NCBI RefSeq assembly: GCF_051903065.1
Contig: NZ_CP178438.1
Origin: Escherichia coli
Lineage (GTDB): Bacteria > Pseudomonadota > Gammaproteobacteria > Enterobacterales > Enterobacteriaceae
Direction: 5' to 3' (one strand)
DNA: 64,000 bases
Shown here: positions 22,528 through 31,970 of the stretch, piece by piece
Numbering within the stretch: position 1 is the stretch's first letter
Layout: every line of letters starts with the position of its first letter
Position numbers and translations under genes: made by a program
Notes under the pieces: model-generated
Seen by the model: the letters and a program-made list of their open reading frames with translations, nothing else
Databases searched by the model: none
Told to the model about the DNA's origin: nothing

Positions 22528-23584
22528 GGCTTTGTTGAATAAATCAGATTTCGGGTAAGTCTCCCCCGTAGCGGGTTGTGTTTTCAGGCAATACGCACGC
22601 TTTCAGGCATACCTGCTTTCGTCATTTTGTTCAGCGCTCGTACCAGGGCCATAGCCTCTGCAACCTGACCATCGTAGTCACGCAGTGTCAGTGAACCCCC
22701 GAACAGCTGTTTTACCCGGTACATCGCCGTTTCCGCTATCGAGCGACGGTTGTAATCTGTTGTCCATTTCCACCGCGCATTACTCCCGGTCATTCGCTGA
22801 TTAGCCACTGCACGGTTACGGTCTGCATATTCACCGGGCCAGTAACCCGCACCTTTTCGGGGAGGGATAAGCGCGCTGATTTTCTTACGCCGCAGTTCAT
22901 CGTGACATAGCCGGGTATCGTAAGCGCCATCGGCGGCGGCTGACCTGATTTTCCGGTGGGTTTGCCGGATTAACCCGGGGAAGGCCTCTGAGTCCGTAAC
23001 GTTGTTCAGCGACAGGTCAGCGCAGATGATTTCATGTGTTTTACTGTCAACGGCGAGATGCAGCTTACGCCAGATACGGCGGCGTTCCTGGCCATGCTTT
23101 TTGACTTTCCACTCGCCTTCACCGAAGACCTTCAGCCCGGTGGAATCAATTACCAGGTGTGCGATTTCACCCCGGGTGGGCGTTTTGAAACTGACATTAA
23201 CCGACTTTGCCCGCCTGCTGACACAGCTGTAATCCGGGCAGCGTAGCGGAACGTTCATCAGAGAAAAAATGGAATCAATAAAGCCCTGCGCAGCGCGCAG
23301 GGTCAGCCTGAATACGCGTTTAATGACCAGCACAGTCGTGATGGCAAGGTCAGAATAGCGCTGAGGTCTGCCTCGTGAAGAAGGTGTTGCTGACTCATAC
23401 CAGGCCTGAATAGCTTCATCATCCAGCCAGAAAGTTATGGAGCCACGGTTGATGAGGGCTTTATTGTAGGTGGGCCAGTTGGTGATTTTGAACTTTTGCT
23501 TTGCCACGGAACGGTCTGCGTTGTCGGGAAGATACGTGATCTGATCCTTCAACTCAGCAAAAGTTCGATTTATTCAACAAAGCC
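22528..23584 (-). mobile_element. IS903-group (IS5 family) insertion sequence, complete, 1057 bp
   Basis: Terminal 18-bp inverted repeats GGCTTTGTTGAATAAATC at both ends; single transposase ORF; 9-bp direct duplication of the target; length and IR match my recollection of IS903/IS102. Confidence 0.85.
22584..23507 (-). CDS. IS903-type DDE transposase
   Basis: 307 aa from a GTG start (VAKQKFKITNW...); the track's 322-aa version starts at an upstream TTG; exact start uncertain. Confidence 0.8.
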   Translation of the reverse strand: MAKQKFKITNWPTYNKALINRGSITFWLDDEAIQAWYESATPSSRGRPQRYSDLAITTVLVIKRVFRLTLRAAQGFIDSIFSLMNVPLRCPDYSCVSRRAKSVNVSFKTPTRGEIAHLVIDSTGLKVFGEGEWKVKKHGQERRRIWRKLHLAVDSKTHEIICADLSLNNVTDSEAFPGLIRQTHRKIRSAAADGAYDTRLCHDELRRKKISALIPPRKGAGYWPGEYADRNRAVANQRMTGSNARWKWTTDYNRRSIAETAMYRVKQLFGGSLTLRDYDGQVAEAMALVRALNKMTKAGMPESVRIA

Positions 23585-23593
23585 TGTCGAGGG
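23585..23593. repeat. Target-site duplication TGTCGAGGG (right flank of IS)
   Basis: Perfect copy of the 9-mer at 22519-22527. Confidence 0.8.
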
Positions 23594-23939
23594 CACTATT
23601 TAAAACAATTTTGAGGATTTCCTTATATTGGTGGTTAGTACGCATGCAATTAAAAATGAAATTCCGCGACCACAAGCCAAAATAACAAATGGCAATGAGA
23701 CAAAAATAAGCACAAATAGCCAATACGTCCTCTATTCACTTTAAAGGGAATCGCTGAAAAATACGCTCTGTTTAAGGGGATTTACCTTTCTCAGAAAGCT
23801 ATTCCGCCCTTTTCCTGCTGAGAAATCGCCACATTCGTCATGACAACATTGTGAAACCCGGCATTAGATGTTAGAAAAAACAATAAACAATGCGATATGC
23901 GCGTTACTGTTTCGCTGTGAACAACAATCGGTCAAAGAA

Positions 23940-24839
23940 ATGGATAAAATTCACGCAATGCAGTTGTTCATCAAAGTCGCGGAGCTGGAAAGTTTTTCCC
24001 GCGCAGCGGATTTCTTTGCTTTGCCAAAGGGAAGTGTTTCGCGCCAGATACAGGCACTGGAACATCAACTTGGCACCCAGCTTCTCCAGCGCACCACGCG
24101 ACGGGTCAAACTCACGCCAGAAGGCATGACCTATTATCAACGGGCAAAAGATGTGTTGAGTAATCTCAACGAACTGGACGGTCTGTTTCAACAGGATGCC
24201 ACCAGTATCAGCGGTAAATTACGCATCGACATCCCGCCAGGAATCGCGAAAAGCCTGTTACTGCCGCGCCTGTCGGAATTTCTCTATCTGCATCCGGGAA
24301 TTGAGCTGGAACTGAGTAGCCATGACCGTCCGGTAGATATTCTTCATGATGGTTTTGATTGCGTGATACGCACTGGCGCGTTACCGGAAGATGGCGTTAT
24401 CGCCCGTCCCCTCGGCAAACTGACCATGGTCAACTGTGCCAGTCCGCACTATCTGACGCGCTTTGGTTATCCGCAAAGCCCCGATGATCTGACTTCACAC
24501 GCAATAGTGCGTTATACACCGCACCTGGGTGTACATCCGTTAGGTTTTGAGGTTGCCAGCGTTAATGGCGTCCAGTGGTTTAAGTCTGGCGGCATGTTGA
24601 CGGTAAACAGTAGCGAAAACTATCTCGCCGCCGGTCTTGCCGGTCTGGGGATTATTCAGATCCCGCGCATTGCCGTGCGCGAAGCCCTGCGTGCCGGGCG
24701 GCTTATTGAAGTGTTGCCAGGCTACCGTGCCGAGCCGCTCTCCCTTTCGCTGGTTTATCCGCAGCGTCGGGAGCTTTCCCGGCGTGTAAACCTGTTTATG
24801 CAGTGGCTGGCTGGCGCAATGAAAGAGTACCTGGACTGA
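23940..24839 (+). CDS. yhjC: LysR-family transcriptional regulator YhjC
   Basis: About 299 aa from MDKIHAMQLFIKVAELESFSRAA (LysR HTH); the ORF's upstream extension is rejected. Confidence 0.85.
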   Translation: MDKIHAMQLFIKVAELESFSRAADFFALPKGSVSRQIQALEHQLGTQLLQRTTRRVKLTPEGMTYYQRAKDVLSNLNELDGLFQQDATSISGKLRIDIPPGIAKSLLLPRLSEFLYLHPGIELELSSHDRPVDILHDGFDCVIRTGALPEDGVIARPLGKLTMVNCASPHYLTRFGYPQSPDDLTSHAIVRYTPHLGVHPLGFEVASVNGVQWFKSGGMLTVNSSENYLAAGLAGLGIIQIPRIAVREALRAGRLIEVLPGYRAEPLSLSLVYPQRRELSRRVNLFMQWLAGAMKEYLD

Positions 24840-24887
24840 CCGACTATACTTTTTAAGAATGACCACGACAGAAGGACAAAAGAGCGG

Positions 24888-25901
24888 ATGACGCAGGAAA
24901 ACGAGATCAAACGTCCCACCCAGGATCTGGAGCACAAGCCGATTAAGCCGTTGGATAATAGCGAGAAAGGCGGCAAAGTTAGCCAGGCGCTGGAAACCGT
25001 CACCACCACTGCCGAAAAAGTCCAACGCCAACCGATTATTGCGCACCTTATTCGCGCGACAGAACGCTTTAACGATCGGCTGGGTAACCAGTTTGGTGCG
25101 GCTATCACCTATTTCTCATTTTTGTCGATGATCCCGATTTTGATGGTGTCGTTTGCCGCAGGGGGCTTTGTGCTGGCCTCCCATCCGATGTTGCTACAGG
25201 ATATCTTCGACAAAATTCTGCAAAACATCAGCGATCCGACGCTAGCCGCTACGTTGAAAAACACCATCAACACCGCCGTTCAGCAGCGTACGACTGTAGG
25301 GCTTGTCGGCCTGGCGGTGGCGCTTTATTCCGGCATCAACTGGATGGGTAACCTGCGTGAAGCGATTCGCGCCCAGTCGCGCGATGTCTGGGAACGCTCG
25401 CCGCAAGATCAGGAGAAGTTCTGGGTAAAATATCTGCGTGATTTTATTTCGCTGATTGGTTTGTTGATTGCGCTGATTGTGACGCTTTCGATCACCTCGG
25501 TTGCCGGTTCGGCGCAGCAAATGATTATTAGCGCCCTGCACCTGAACAGCATTGAGTGGCTGAAACCGACGTGGCGGTTGATTGGCCTGGCGATTTCCAT
25601 CTTCGCCAACTATCTGCTTTTCTTCTGGATCTTCTGGCGGTTGCCGCGCCACCGTCCGCGCAAAAAAGCCCTGATTCGCGGAACATTTCTGGCTGCTATT
25701 GGTTTTGAAGTGATTAAAATCGTGATGACCTACACCTTGCCATCGTTGATGAAATCCCCCTCTGGCGCAGCATTTGGTTCCGTGCTGGGGCTGATGGCAT
25801 TTTTCTACTTCTTCGCCCGTTTGACGCTGTTTTGCGCGGCGTGGATTGCCACCGCCGAATATAAAGACGACCCGCGAATGCCGGGGAAAACACAGCCTTA
25901 A
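24888..25901 (+). CDS. yhjD: Inner membrane protein YhjD (YihY/BrkB family)
   Basis: 337 aa; multi-pass membrane protein. Confidence 0.85.
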   Translation: MTQENEIKRPTQDLEHKPIKPLDNSEKGGKVSQALETVTTTAEKVQRQPIIAHLIRATERFNDRLGNQFGAAITYFSFLSMIPILMVSFAAGGFVLASHPMLLQDIFDKILQNISDPTLAATLKNTINTAVQQRTTVGLVGLAVALYSGINWMGNLREAIRAQSRDVWERSPQDQEKFWVKYLRDFISLIGLLIALIVTLSITSVAGSAQQMIISALHLNSIEWLKPTWRLIGLAISIFANYLLFFWIFWRLPRHRPRKKALIRGTFLAAIGFEVIKIVMTYTLPSLMKSPSGAAFGSVLGLMAFFYFFARLTLFCAAWIATAEYKDDPRMPGKTQP

Positions 25902-25923
25902 AACAGGCCGGGTGTAGTTCAAA

Positions 25924-26000
25924 ACGCCTTATCCGGCATACGAATTTATTCGGCCTGGCTCCCCGTAGGCCGAATAAGATGCGCCAGCATCGCATCCGGC
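25924..26000. repeat. REP/BIME element
   Basis: Palindromic GCCTTATCCGGC...GTAGGCCGAATAAGATGCGCC...GCATCCGGC units typical of E. coli REP sequences. Confidence 0.6.
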
Positions 26001-26312
26001 TATAATGCGCACATAACCTCTTGAAACTCTTTCCCAGAGCCCCTTCAGCCATCTATTCAGGAGCAAACAATTTCATGCCAACTCATAACCCCAGCATATA
26101 AATCCAGTTGGTAACTTTTATTTAACCTGAAACCAGTTTTATCCACCATTTATAAAATTATGTGAAGCATTTCATAGAAGAAAAATCACTGGCCTAAACA
26201 TTATCCCCTTTTTGCCTGGTTTTTGACCATTTCCGCGATTTGTTACACATTGAAATATCACTTTTGCTGTGCGTAATATGGCTATTCGTTAGCCAAAAAA
26301 TAAGAAAAGATT

Positions 26313-27635
26313 ATGCAAGCAACAGCCACAACACTCGACCACGAGCAAGAATACACGCCGATCAACTCGCGTAATAAAGTCCTTGTCGCCTCTCTCATTG
26401 GCACGGCCATTGAGTTCTTCGACTTTTACATTTACGCCACTGCGGCCGTTATTGTGTTTCCGCATATCTTCTTCCCGCAGGGCGATCCAACGGCAGCAAC
26501 GCTACAGTCGCTCGCCACCTTCGCCATCGCCTTCGTCGCGCGCCCCATTGGCTCTGCCGTTTTTGGTCATTTTGGCGATCGCGTTGGGCGTAAAGCGACG
26601 CTGGTCGCCTCGTTGCTAACGATGGGGATTTCGACCGTGGTGATTGGTCTGCTGCCGGGCTATGCCACGATTGGTATTTTCGCCCCGCTGCTGCTGGCGC
26701 TGGCTCGATTTGGTCAGGGTCTGGGCTTAGGCGGTGAATGGGGCGGCGCGGCGCTGCTGGCGACTGAAAACGCCCCACCGCGCAAACGTGCACTGTATGG
26801 CTCCTTCCCACAGCTGGGCGCACCGATTGGCTTCTTCTTTGCCAACGGCACTTTCTTGCTGCTTTCCTGGCTACTGACCGATGAGCAGTTTATGAGCTGG
26901 GGCTGGCGTGTGCCATTTATCTTCTCGGCGGTGCTGGTCATTATCGGCCTGTATGTTCGCGTGTCGCTGCATGAGTCGCCAGTGTTTGAGAAAGTCGCTA
27001 AAGCGAAAAAACAGGTGAAGATCCCGCTGGGTACGCTGCTGACCAAACATGTTCGCGTCACGGTGCTCGGTACCTTCATCATGCTGGCAACCTATACGCT
27101 GTTTTACATCATGACGGTCTACTCTATGACCTTCAGTACCGCCGCCGCGCCAGTTGGGCTTGGCCTGCCGCGTAACGAAGTGTTGTGGATGCTGATGATG
27201 GCAGTTATTGGTTTTGGCGTGATGGTGCCAGTCGCCGGATTACTGGCTGATGCCTTTGGTCGCCGTAAAAGCATGGTAATTATCACCACGCTGATCATCC
27301 TGTTCGCGCTGTTCGCCTTTAACCCGCTGCTCGGTTCTGGCAACCCGATTCTGGTTTTTGCCTTCCTGCTGCTGGGGTTAAGTCTGATGGGGCTGACCTT
27401 CGGGCCAATGGGTGCGCTGTTACCAGAGCTGTTTCCGACAGAAGTGCGTTACACCGGAGCATCGTTCTCTTACAACGTAGCGTCGATTCTCGGGGCTTCC
27501 GTTGCGCCATATATCGCAGCCTGGTTGCAGACTAACTACGGGCTAGGTGCGGTGGGGTTATATCTGGCGGCGATGGCTGGCTTGACGTTAATCGCCCTGC
27601 TGCTGACCCATGAGACGCGACATCAGTCGTTGTAA
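26313..27635 (+). CDS. yhjE: MFS transporter YhjE (metabolite:H+ symporter family)
   Basis: 440 aa; twelve-helix MFS-like hydropathy. Confidence 0.9.
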   Translation: MQATATTLDHEQEYTPINSRNKVLVASLIGTAIEFFDFYIYATAAVIVFPHIFFPQGDPTAATLQSLATFAIAFVARPIGSAVFGHFGDRVGRKATLVASLLTMGISTVVIGLLPGYATIGIFAPLLLALARFGQGLGLGGEWGGAALLATENAPPRKRALYGSFPQLGAPIGFFFANGTFLLLSWLLTDEQFMSWGWRVPFIFSAVLVIIGLYVRVSLHESPVFEKVAKAKKQVKIPLGTLLTKHVRVTVLGTFIMLATYTLFYIMTVYSMTFSTAAAPVGLGLPRNEVLWMLMMAVIGFGVMVPVAGLLADAFGRRKSMVIITTLIILFALFAFNPLLGSGNPILVFAFLLLGLSLMGLTFGPMGALLPELFPTEVRYTGASFSYNVASILGASVAPYIAAWLQTNYGLGAVGLYLAAMAGLTLIALLLTHETRHQSL

Positions 27636-27646
27636 TAAGAGTGAAA

Positions 27647-27746
27647 AGCCTGATGCGCTACGCTTATCAGGCCTGAATTTCCATACAATATATTGAATTC
27701 GCAAGGATTTGTAGGCCGGATAAGGCGTTCACGCCGCATCCGGCAT
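27647..27746. repeat. REP/BIME element
   Basis: GCCTGATGCGCTACGCTTATCAGGCC ... GTAGGCCGGATAAGGCGTTCACGCCGCATCCGGCA; followed by a further hairpin at about 27785-27812. Confidence 0.6.
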
Positions 27747-27816
27747 GAACAAAGCACACTTTGCCAACAATCTAAATCTGTTTAATTGCCGGATGTCAGA
27801 CATCCGGCAATTATCA

Positions 27817-29877
27817 TCACTTCTTCATCTGCGACAAAATCGTCCGACACTGATTAGCCTCCCCTTCGGAAGGTGAGATCAGCGCCAGTAACGCCGCCGC
27901 CGGTGTTACCAGCGTTGCCAGTGCCGCAGCAACAGCACCACGGGCAATCAACGGTCCGGCTTTCACTCCAGCCTGCGGATTTTTAAACGTCCCACGCACA
28001 TACAGCGGAGAACGCAGTGTGATAATCCGAATCCCTTTACTCTCCGGATCAATAGTCAAATCCAGCTGTTCCGAAGCAAAACTTGCCGTGCCGGTAACGT
28101 TAATCAACGCGTTCTCAGTATCGAAAGCAAAAATCTGCGGGCGTGCCACGCCGTTGGCAATATTCAGATTCGCCGCCGCGCAGTTCACCCGCACCTCATC
28201 GTCACCAAATATCGCACCGACAATGTAGTTGCCGACATTCAGCCCAACAATCTCCATCAGGTTGCGGCTCACCAGCCCGTCATTCATCAACAGTTTCAGG
28301 TTGCCGTTACTGTTGCCTAAAAGCGCCGCCACCGAGTTACCGCTACCGCGTAGTTCCGCGTCACCGTTCATTTCCCCCAGCGTCTTCTGCATCAGTTCCA
28401 CATCGGGCATCAGTTCTTTCAGTTTCAGTCGACGAGCCTGAATATCTGCCCGCCCCTGCATCGGCTTTTTATCGCCTTCCAGATGAATATTCGCCGCAAT
28501 GCTGCCGCCCGCCATGCCAAATTTCAGCGGTTGCAGGCGCAGGTCAGCATTTTTGAGGATGATATGAGTAGAAAGATCGCTAATCGGCAGGCTACTGCCA
28601 TGCTCAATGCGCCGCCCTTTGAAGCGAACATCGGCATCCATGACATCCCATTTATCGGTTTCGAAGCGGTCATAAGGCAGCACTTTGCCCGCAGGCTGAA
28701 CGCTTTTTTCGCCCTTCTTCTGTTCAGACCGTTTCGACTTTTCAGCCCCTTTCCCGGAGTCAACGCCAATCAACGGTCCCAGGTCCGCCAGCCGCAATTG
28801 CCGCGACTCAACATCACCTTCCAGTTTTGGTCGTGGCTTGCCGGTGGTGTAGATCAGAGAACCGTGGATATCGCTATCGCCAATGCGCCCATTAAAATCG
28901 CGATAATCAAAGACCGACGATTTTTCAGTGTCGATTTTCGCTACCAGCCGACCATCTGTTTCAAACGGCGGGGTATCGGGCAGCAGAACGCCCGTCAGTT
29001 CATAGAGATCACCCAGTGAATCGCCAGAAAATTTAAGCCGTAAATCGACACCGCCCATCTTCATTGGGTCATTCACGACGCCATCAAAAGCAACACGGGT
29101 ATTACCTGAACGGAAATCAGCCTGTACCGGAAACGGCGTCCCTTCGCCACGCAGCGCCAGCATACCGCCAATTTTCCCCTTACCCGTGAGCGGTTCACCG
29201 TTATAACGTCCCTGCGCCTTCAGGCCAAAAACGTAATCGCCCACCTTTTCTTTATCCGCTTTACCTTTCGATCCAGTAAATTCGCTGAACGGCAGCGGCT
29301 TGCCTAACGGATCGACAAAAATTTCCAGATCCGCTTTGCTTACTTTGTCATCAATGGCGATCCGCCCTTGATCGAACAGAATATTATCCAGCCGAAACGA
29401 CCACGCCAACGGCTTTGCATTCGCGTTTTTGTTGTCATCGTTGGCAAGATTAAACGTCCAGTTATTGTTCTTTTCAGAGAGGCGAATCAGGCGCGCGTCG
29501 GGCTTTTCGAGCTTGATCCACGGCAGCCAGACCGTTTTGGTCAGCAGCGCCAGCGGGGCCAGCGTTGCCTCTACGCGTGGCAAATGCACCATCGTGACTT
29601 CGGGAATATCCGGTGGATTGCCAAGAATGATGTCTTCCGCGTGTACATGGGGCCACGGCACCCAGCTGCGCCAGCCAGTTTCTTGTTTTTGCCGCTCCCA
29701 CACCACGCCCAGATCGCCACGGATAGCGAACGGACGATTCAACTCCGCAGAGACTTTCTGGTTGATGGTCGGTTTGAGTCGATTCCAGTCAAAAGTTGCA
29801 ATCAAAATGATCGCCACGACAATCAACAACAAGAAAGCCCCTGAAATCGCAGCGGTTATTTTGCCTGCCTTGCTCAT
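27817..29877 (-). CDS. yhjG: AsmA-family outer-membrane biogenesis protein YhjG
   Basis: About 686 aa from MSKAGKITAAISGAFLLLIVVAIILI (N-terminal anchor); ORF extends 5 codons further upstream. Confidence 0.85.
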   Translation of the reverse strand: MSKAGKITAAISGAFLLLIVVAIILIATFDWNRLKPTINQKVSAELNRPFAIRGDLGVVWERQKQETGWRSWVPWPHVHAEDIILGNPPDIPEVTMVHLPRVEATLAPLALLTKTVWLPWIKLEKPDARLIRLSEKNNNWTFNLANDDNKNANAKPLAWSFRLDNILFDQGRIAIDDKVSKADLEIFVDPLGKPLPFSEFTGSKGKADKEKVGDYVFGLKAQGRYNGEPLTGKGKIGGMLALRGEGTPFPVQADFRSGNTRVAFDGVVNDPMKMGGVDLRLKFSGDSLGDLYELTGVLLPDTPPFETDGRLVAKIDTEKSSVFDYRDFNGRIGDSDIHGSLIYTTGKPRPKLEGDVESRQLRLADLGPLIGVDSGKGAEKSKRSEQKKGEKSVQPAGKVLPYDRFETDKWDVMDADVRFKGRRIEHGSSLPISDLSTHIILKNADLRLQPLKFGMAGGSIAANIHLEGDKKPMQGRADIQARRLKLKELMPDVELMQKTLGEMNGDAELRGSGNSVAALLGNSNGNLKLLMNDGLVSRNLMEIVGLNVGNYIVGAIFGDDEVRVNCAAANLNIANGVARPQIFAFDTENALINVTGTASFASEQLDLTIDPESKGIRIITLRSPLYVRGTFKNPQAGVKAGPLIARGAVAAALATLVTPAAALLALISPSEGEANQCRTILSQMKK

Positions 29878-29946
29878 CGTTCGCTTCCTCATATTCTTCC
29901 TGTGCCAGTCCTAAAGATAGTCCAGCCAGGCGGAAAATGAGGCAGC

Positions 29947-30714
29947 TTATAGCGCCAGAACCGCCGTATTCAGCGTTTCTATCGGTGCCGGGCGTGAAAG
30001 AAACCAGCCTTGTGCGGCGAATGCGGGCGAGTTCTGAACATCACGCCACTCTTCCGGCGTTTCTACGCCCTCAACAATCACCCCGCGACAATAGCGATTC
30101 ATTAGATGTAAAAGCTGAGAAAAGAGTGTGCGGCCTTCCGGCGACTGACGCAGCATCACAAACAGTTCTCGCGCGATTTTGATGTAGTCATAACGCACTT
30201 CACTTAGTGCAGAGAAATTTGCCATCCCGGTACCAAAATCATCCAGCCACAGCGGGCCAAATTCACATATCGAGGCAAAGGTTGAATCTTTCGGCAGGCG
30301 GATGTGTTCCACCAGTTCGAAACGCAGCCAGGGAAGATCCTCAATCTGGCGCAGGATTTTTGGTTGCTGACGCAGGGCGATGAGCGTAGGGCCATCAATA
30401 TTGACCGATGCCAGCAGGCCGTGCTCTACAAAGAAGTCGGCTTTTTGCGCCAGCAAATCAATCTGCTCTTTCACAACCTCCATCCGATGGCTAACGGTGA
30501 TTTCAGTAAAATAGCGATCCGGCGGCAGGCGTTGCGAAGGGTTCAAGGGATGCGTGACCACCGTTAATAGCTCCACGGCCATTAACCGTCCGCATGTTTG
30601 ATAGATCGGCTGCCAGGTGTAAGCACGCTCACACTGCAACCAAAAACGCCGTTCCTGCAAGCTCTCGATGCTTGCTTCAGGGTTGCTTATTCGCTGGATA
30701 ACCTGCCTTATCAT
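29947..30714 (-). CDS. pdeH: c-di-GMP phosphodiesterase PdeH (EAL domain)
   Basis: 255 aa from MIRQVIQRISNPEASIESLQERRFW; EAL-domain features (AVELLTVV, DDFGTG). Confidence 0.9.
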   Translation of the reverse strand: MIRQVIQRISNPEASIESLQERRFWLQCERAYTWQPIYQTCGRLMAVELLTVVTHPLNPSQRLPPDRYFTEITVSHRMEVVKEQIDLLAQKADFFVEHGLLASVNIDGPTLIALRQQPKILRQIEDLPWLRFELVEHIRLPKDSTFASICEFGPLWLDDFGTGMANFSALSEVRYDYIKIARELFVMLRQSPEGRTLFSQLLHLMNRYCRGVIVEGVETPEEWRDVQNSPAFAAQGWFLSRPAPIETLNTAVLAL

Positions 30715-30762
30715 CAAAGATGTCCTGTGTTTAAAAGTGATGCTGCCCGGACTCAACAAAGA

Positions 30763-30789
30763 TTATCGGCGCGCAAGGGCAGAACTTTA
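30763..30789 (-). promoter_or_regulatory. Sigma-28 (FliA) class 3 flagellar promoter for pdeH
   Basis: Minus strand reads TAAAGTTC-N11-GCCGATAA, near-perfect to the FliA consensus TAAAGTTT-N11-GCCGATAA, about 50 bp upstream of pdeH. Confidence 0.65.
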
Positions 30790-30858
30790 CCGCCTGGCCG
30801 GGGTAAATTTCCCCTCTCCACAACGGAATCTTTCAGGAATACGTTCTGGCTCAAAAAA

Positions 30859-30880
30859 ATAATGGAACACTGTTTTAATA
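30859..30880. promoter_or_regulatory. Putative KdgR operator upstream of kdgK
   Basis: AATGGAACACTGTTTTAAT is an imperfect palindrome resembling KdgR half-sites (AATGAAACA / TGTTTCATT). Confidence 0.35.
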
Positions 30881-30945
30881 TGGTTGACCAGCAAACCACC
30901 ACAGCGCAAACTAACGCTAATTTTTTACAGATCAGGTTCACGACT

Positions 30946-31875
30946 ATGTCCAAAAAGATTGCCGTGATTGGCGAATGCATGATTGAGCTTTCCGAGAAAG
31001 GCGCGGACGTTAAGCGCGGTTTCGGCGGCGATACACTGAATACTTCCGTCTATATCGCCCGTCAGGTCGATCCTGCGGCATTAACTGTTCATTACGTAAC
31101 GGCGCTGGGAACGGACAGTTTTAGCCAGCAGATGCTGGACGCCTGGCACGGCGAGAACGTTGATACTTCCCTGACCCAACGGATGGAAAACCGTCTGCCG
31201 GGCCTTTACTACATTGAAACCGACAGCACCGGTGAACGTACGTTCTACTACTGGCGTAACGAAGCCGCTGCCAAATTCTGGCTGGAGAGCGAGCAGTCTG
31301 CGGCGATTTGTGCAGAGCTGGCGAATTTCGATTATCTCTACCTGAGCGGGATTAGCCTGGCGATCTTAAGCCCGACCAGCCGCGAAAAGCTGCTTTCCCT
31401 GCTGCGCGAATGCCGCGCCAACGGCGGAAAAGTGATTTTCGACAATAACTATCGTCCGCGCCTGTGGGCCAGCAAAGAAGAGACACAGCTGGTGTACCAA
31501 CAAATGCTGGAATGCACGGATATCGCCTTCCTGACGCTGGACGATGAAGACGCGCTGTGGGGTCAACAGCCGGTGGAAGACGTCATTGCGCGCACCCATA
31601 ACGCGGGCGTGAAAGAAGTGGTGGTGAAACGCGGGGCGGATTCTTGCCTGGTGTCCATTGCTGGCGAAGGGTTAGTGGATGTTCCGGCGGTGAAACTGCC
31701 GAAAGAAAAAGTGATCGATACCACCGCAGCTGGCGACTCTTTCAGTGCCGGTTATCTGGCGGTACGTTTGACGGGCGGCAGTGCGGAAAACGCAGCGAAA
31801 CGCGGGCACCTGACCGCAAGTACCGTTATTCAGTATCGCGGCGCGATTATCCCGCGTGAGGCGATGCCAGCGTAA
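30946..31875 (+). CDS. kdgK: 2-dehydro-3-deoxygluconokinase
   Basis: 309 aa from MSKKIAVIGECMIEL; PfkB-family sugar kinase; the track's upstream extension to 30598 is rejected. Confidence 0.9.
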   Translation: MSKKIAVIGECMIELSEKGADVKRGFGGDTLNTSVYIARQVDPAALTVHYVTALGTDSFSQQMLDAWHGENVDTSLTQRMENRLPGLYYIETDSTGERTFYYWRNEAAAKFWLESEQSAAICAELANFDYLYLSGISLAILSPTSREKLLSLLRECRANGGKVIFDNNYRPRLWASKEETQLVYQQMLECTDIAFLTLDDEDALWGQQPVEDVIARTHNAGVKEVVVKRGADSCLVSIAGEGLVDVPAVKLPKEKVIDTTAAGDSFSAGYLAVRLTGGSAENAAKRGHLTASTVIQYRGAIIPREAMPA

Positions 31876-31970
31876 ACGCAGCATATGCAAAAGGCTGGAT
31901 AAAGTGTTACCCCTCTATCCAGCTCATCCATAAATACCTGATGGTTGTGCTAACTCATCACCATCAGGCA

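Noticed and set aside
30598-30945. 116-codon N-terminal extension of kdgK
   Set aside because: It would run through the pdeH coding region and promoter; the kinase domain begins at MSKKIAVIGE.
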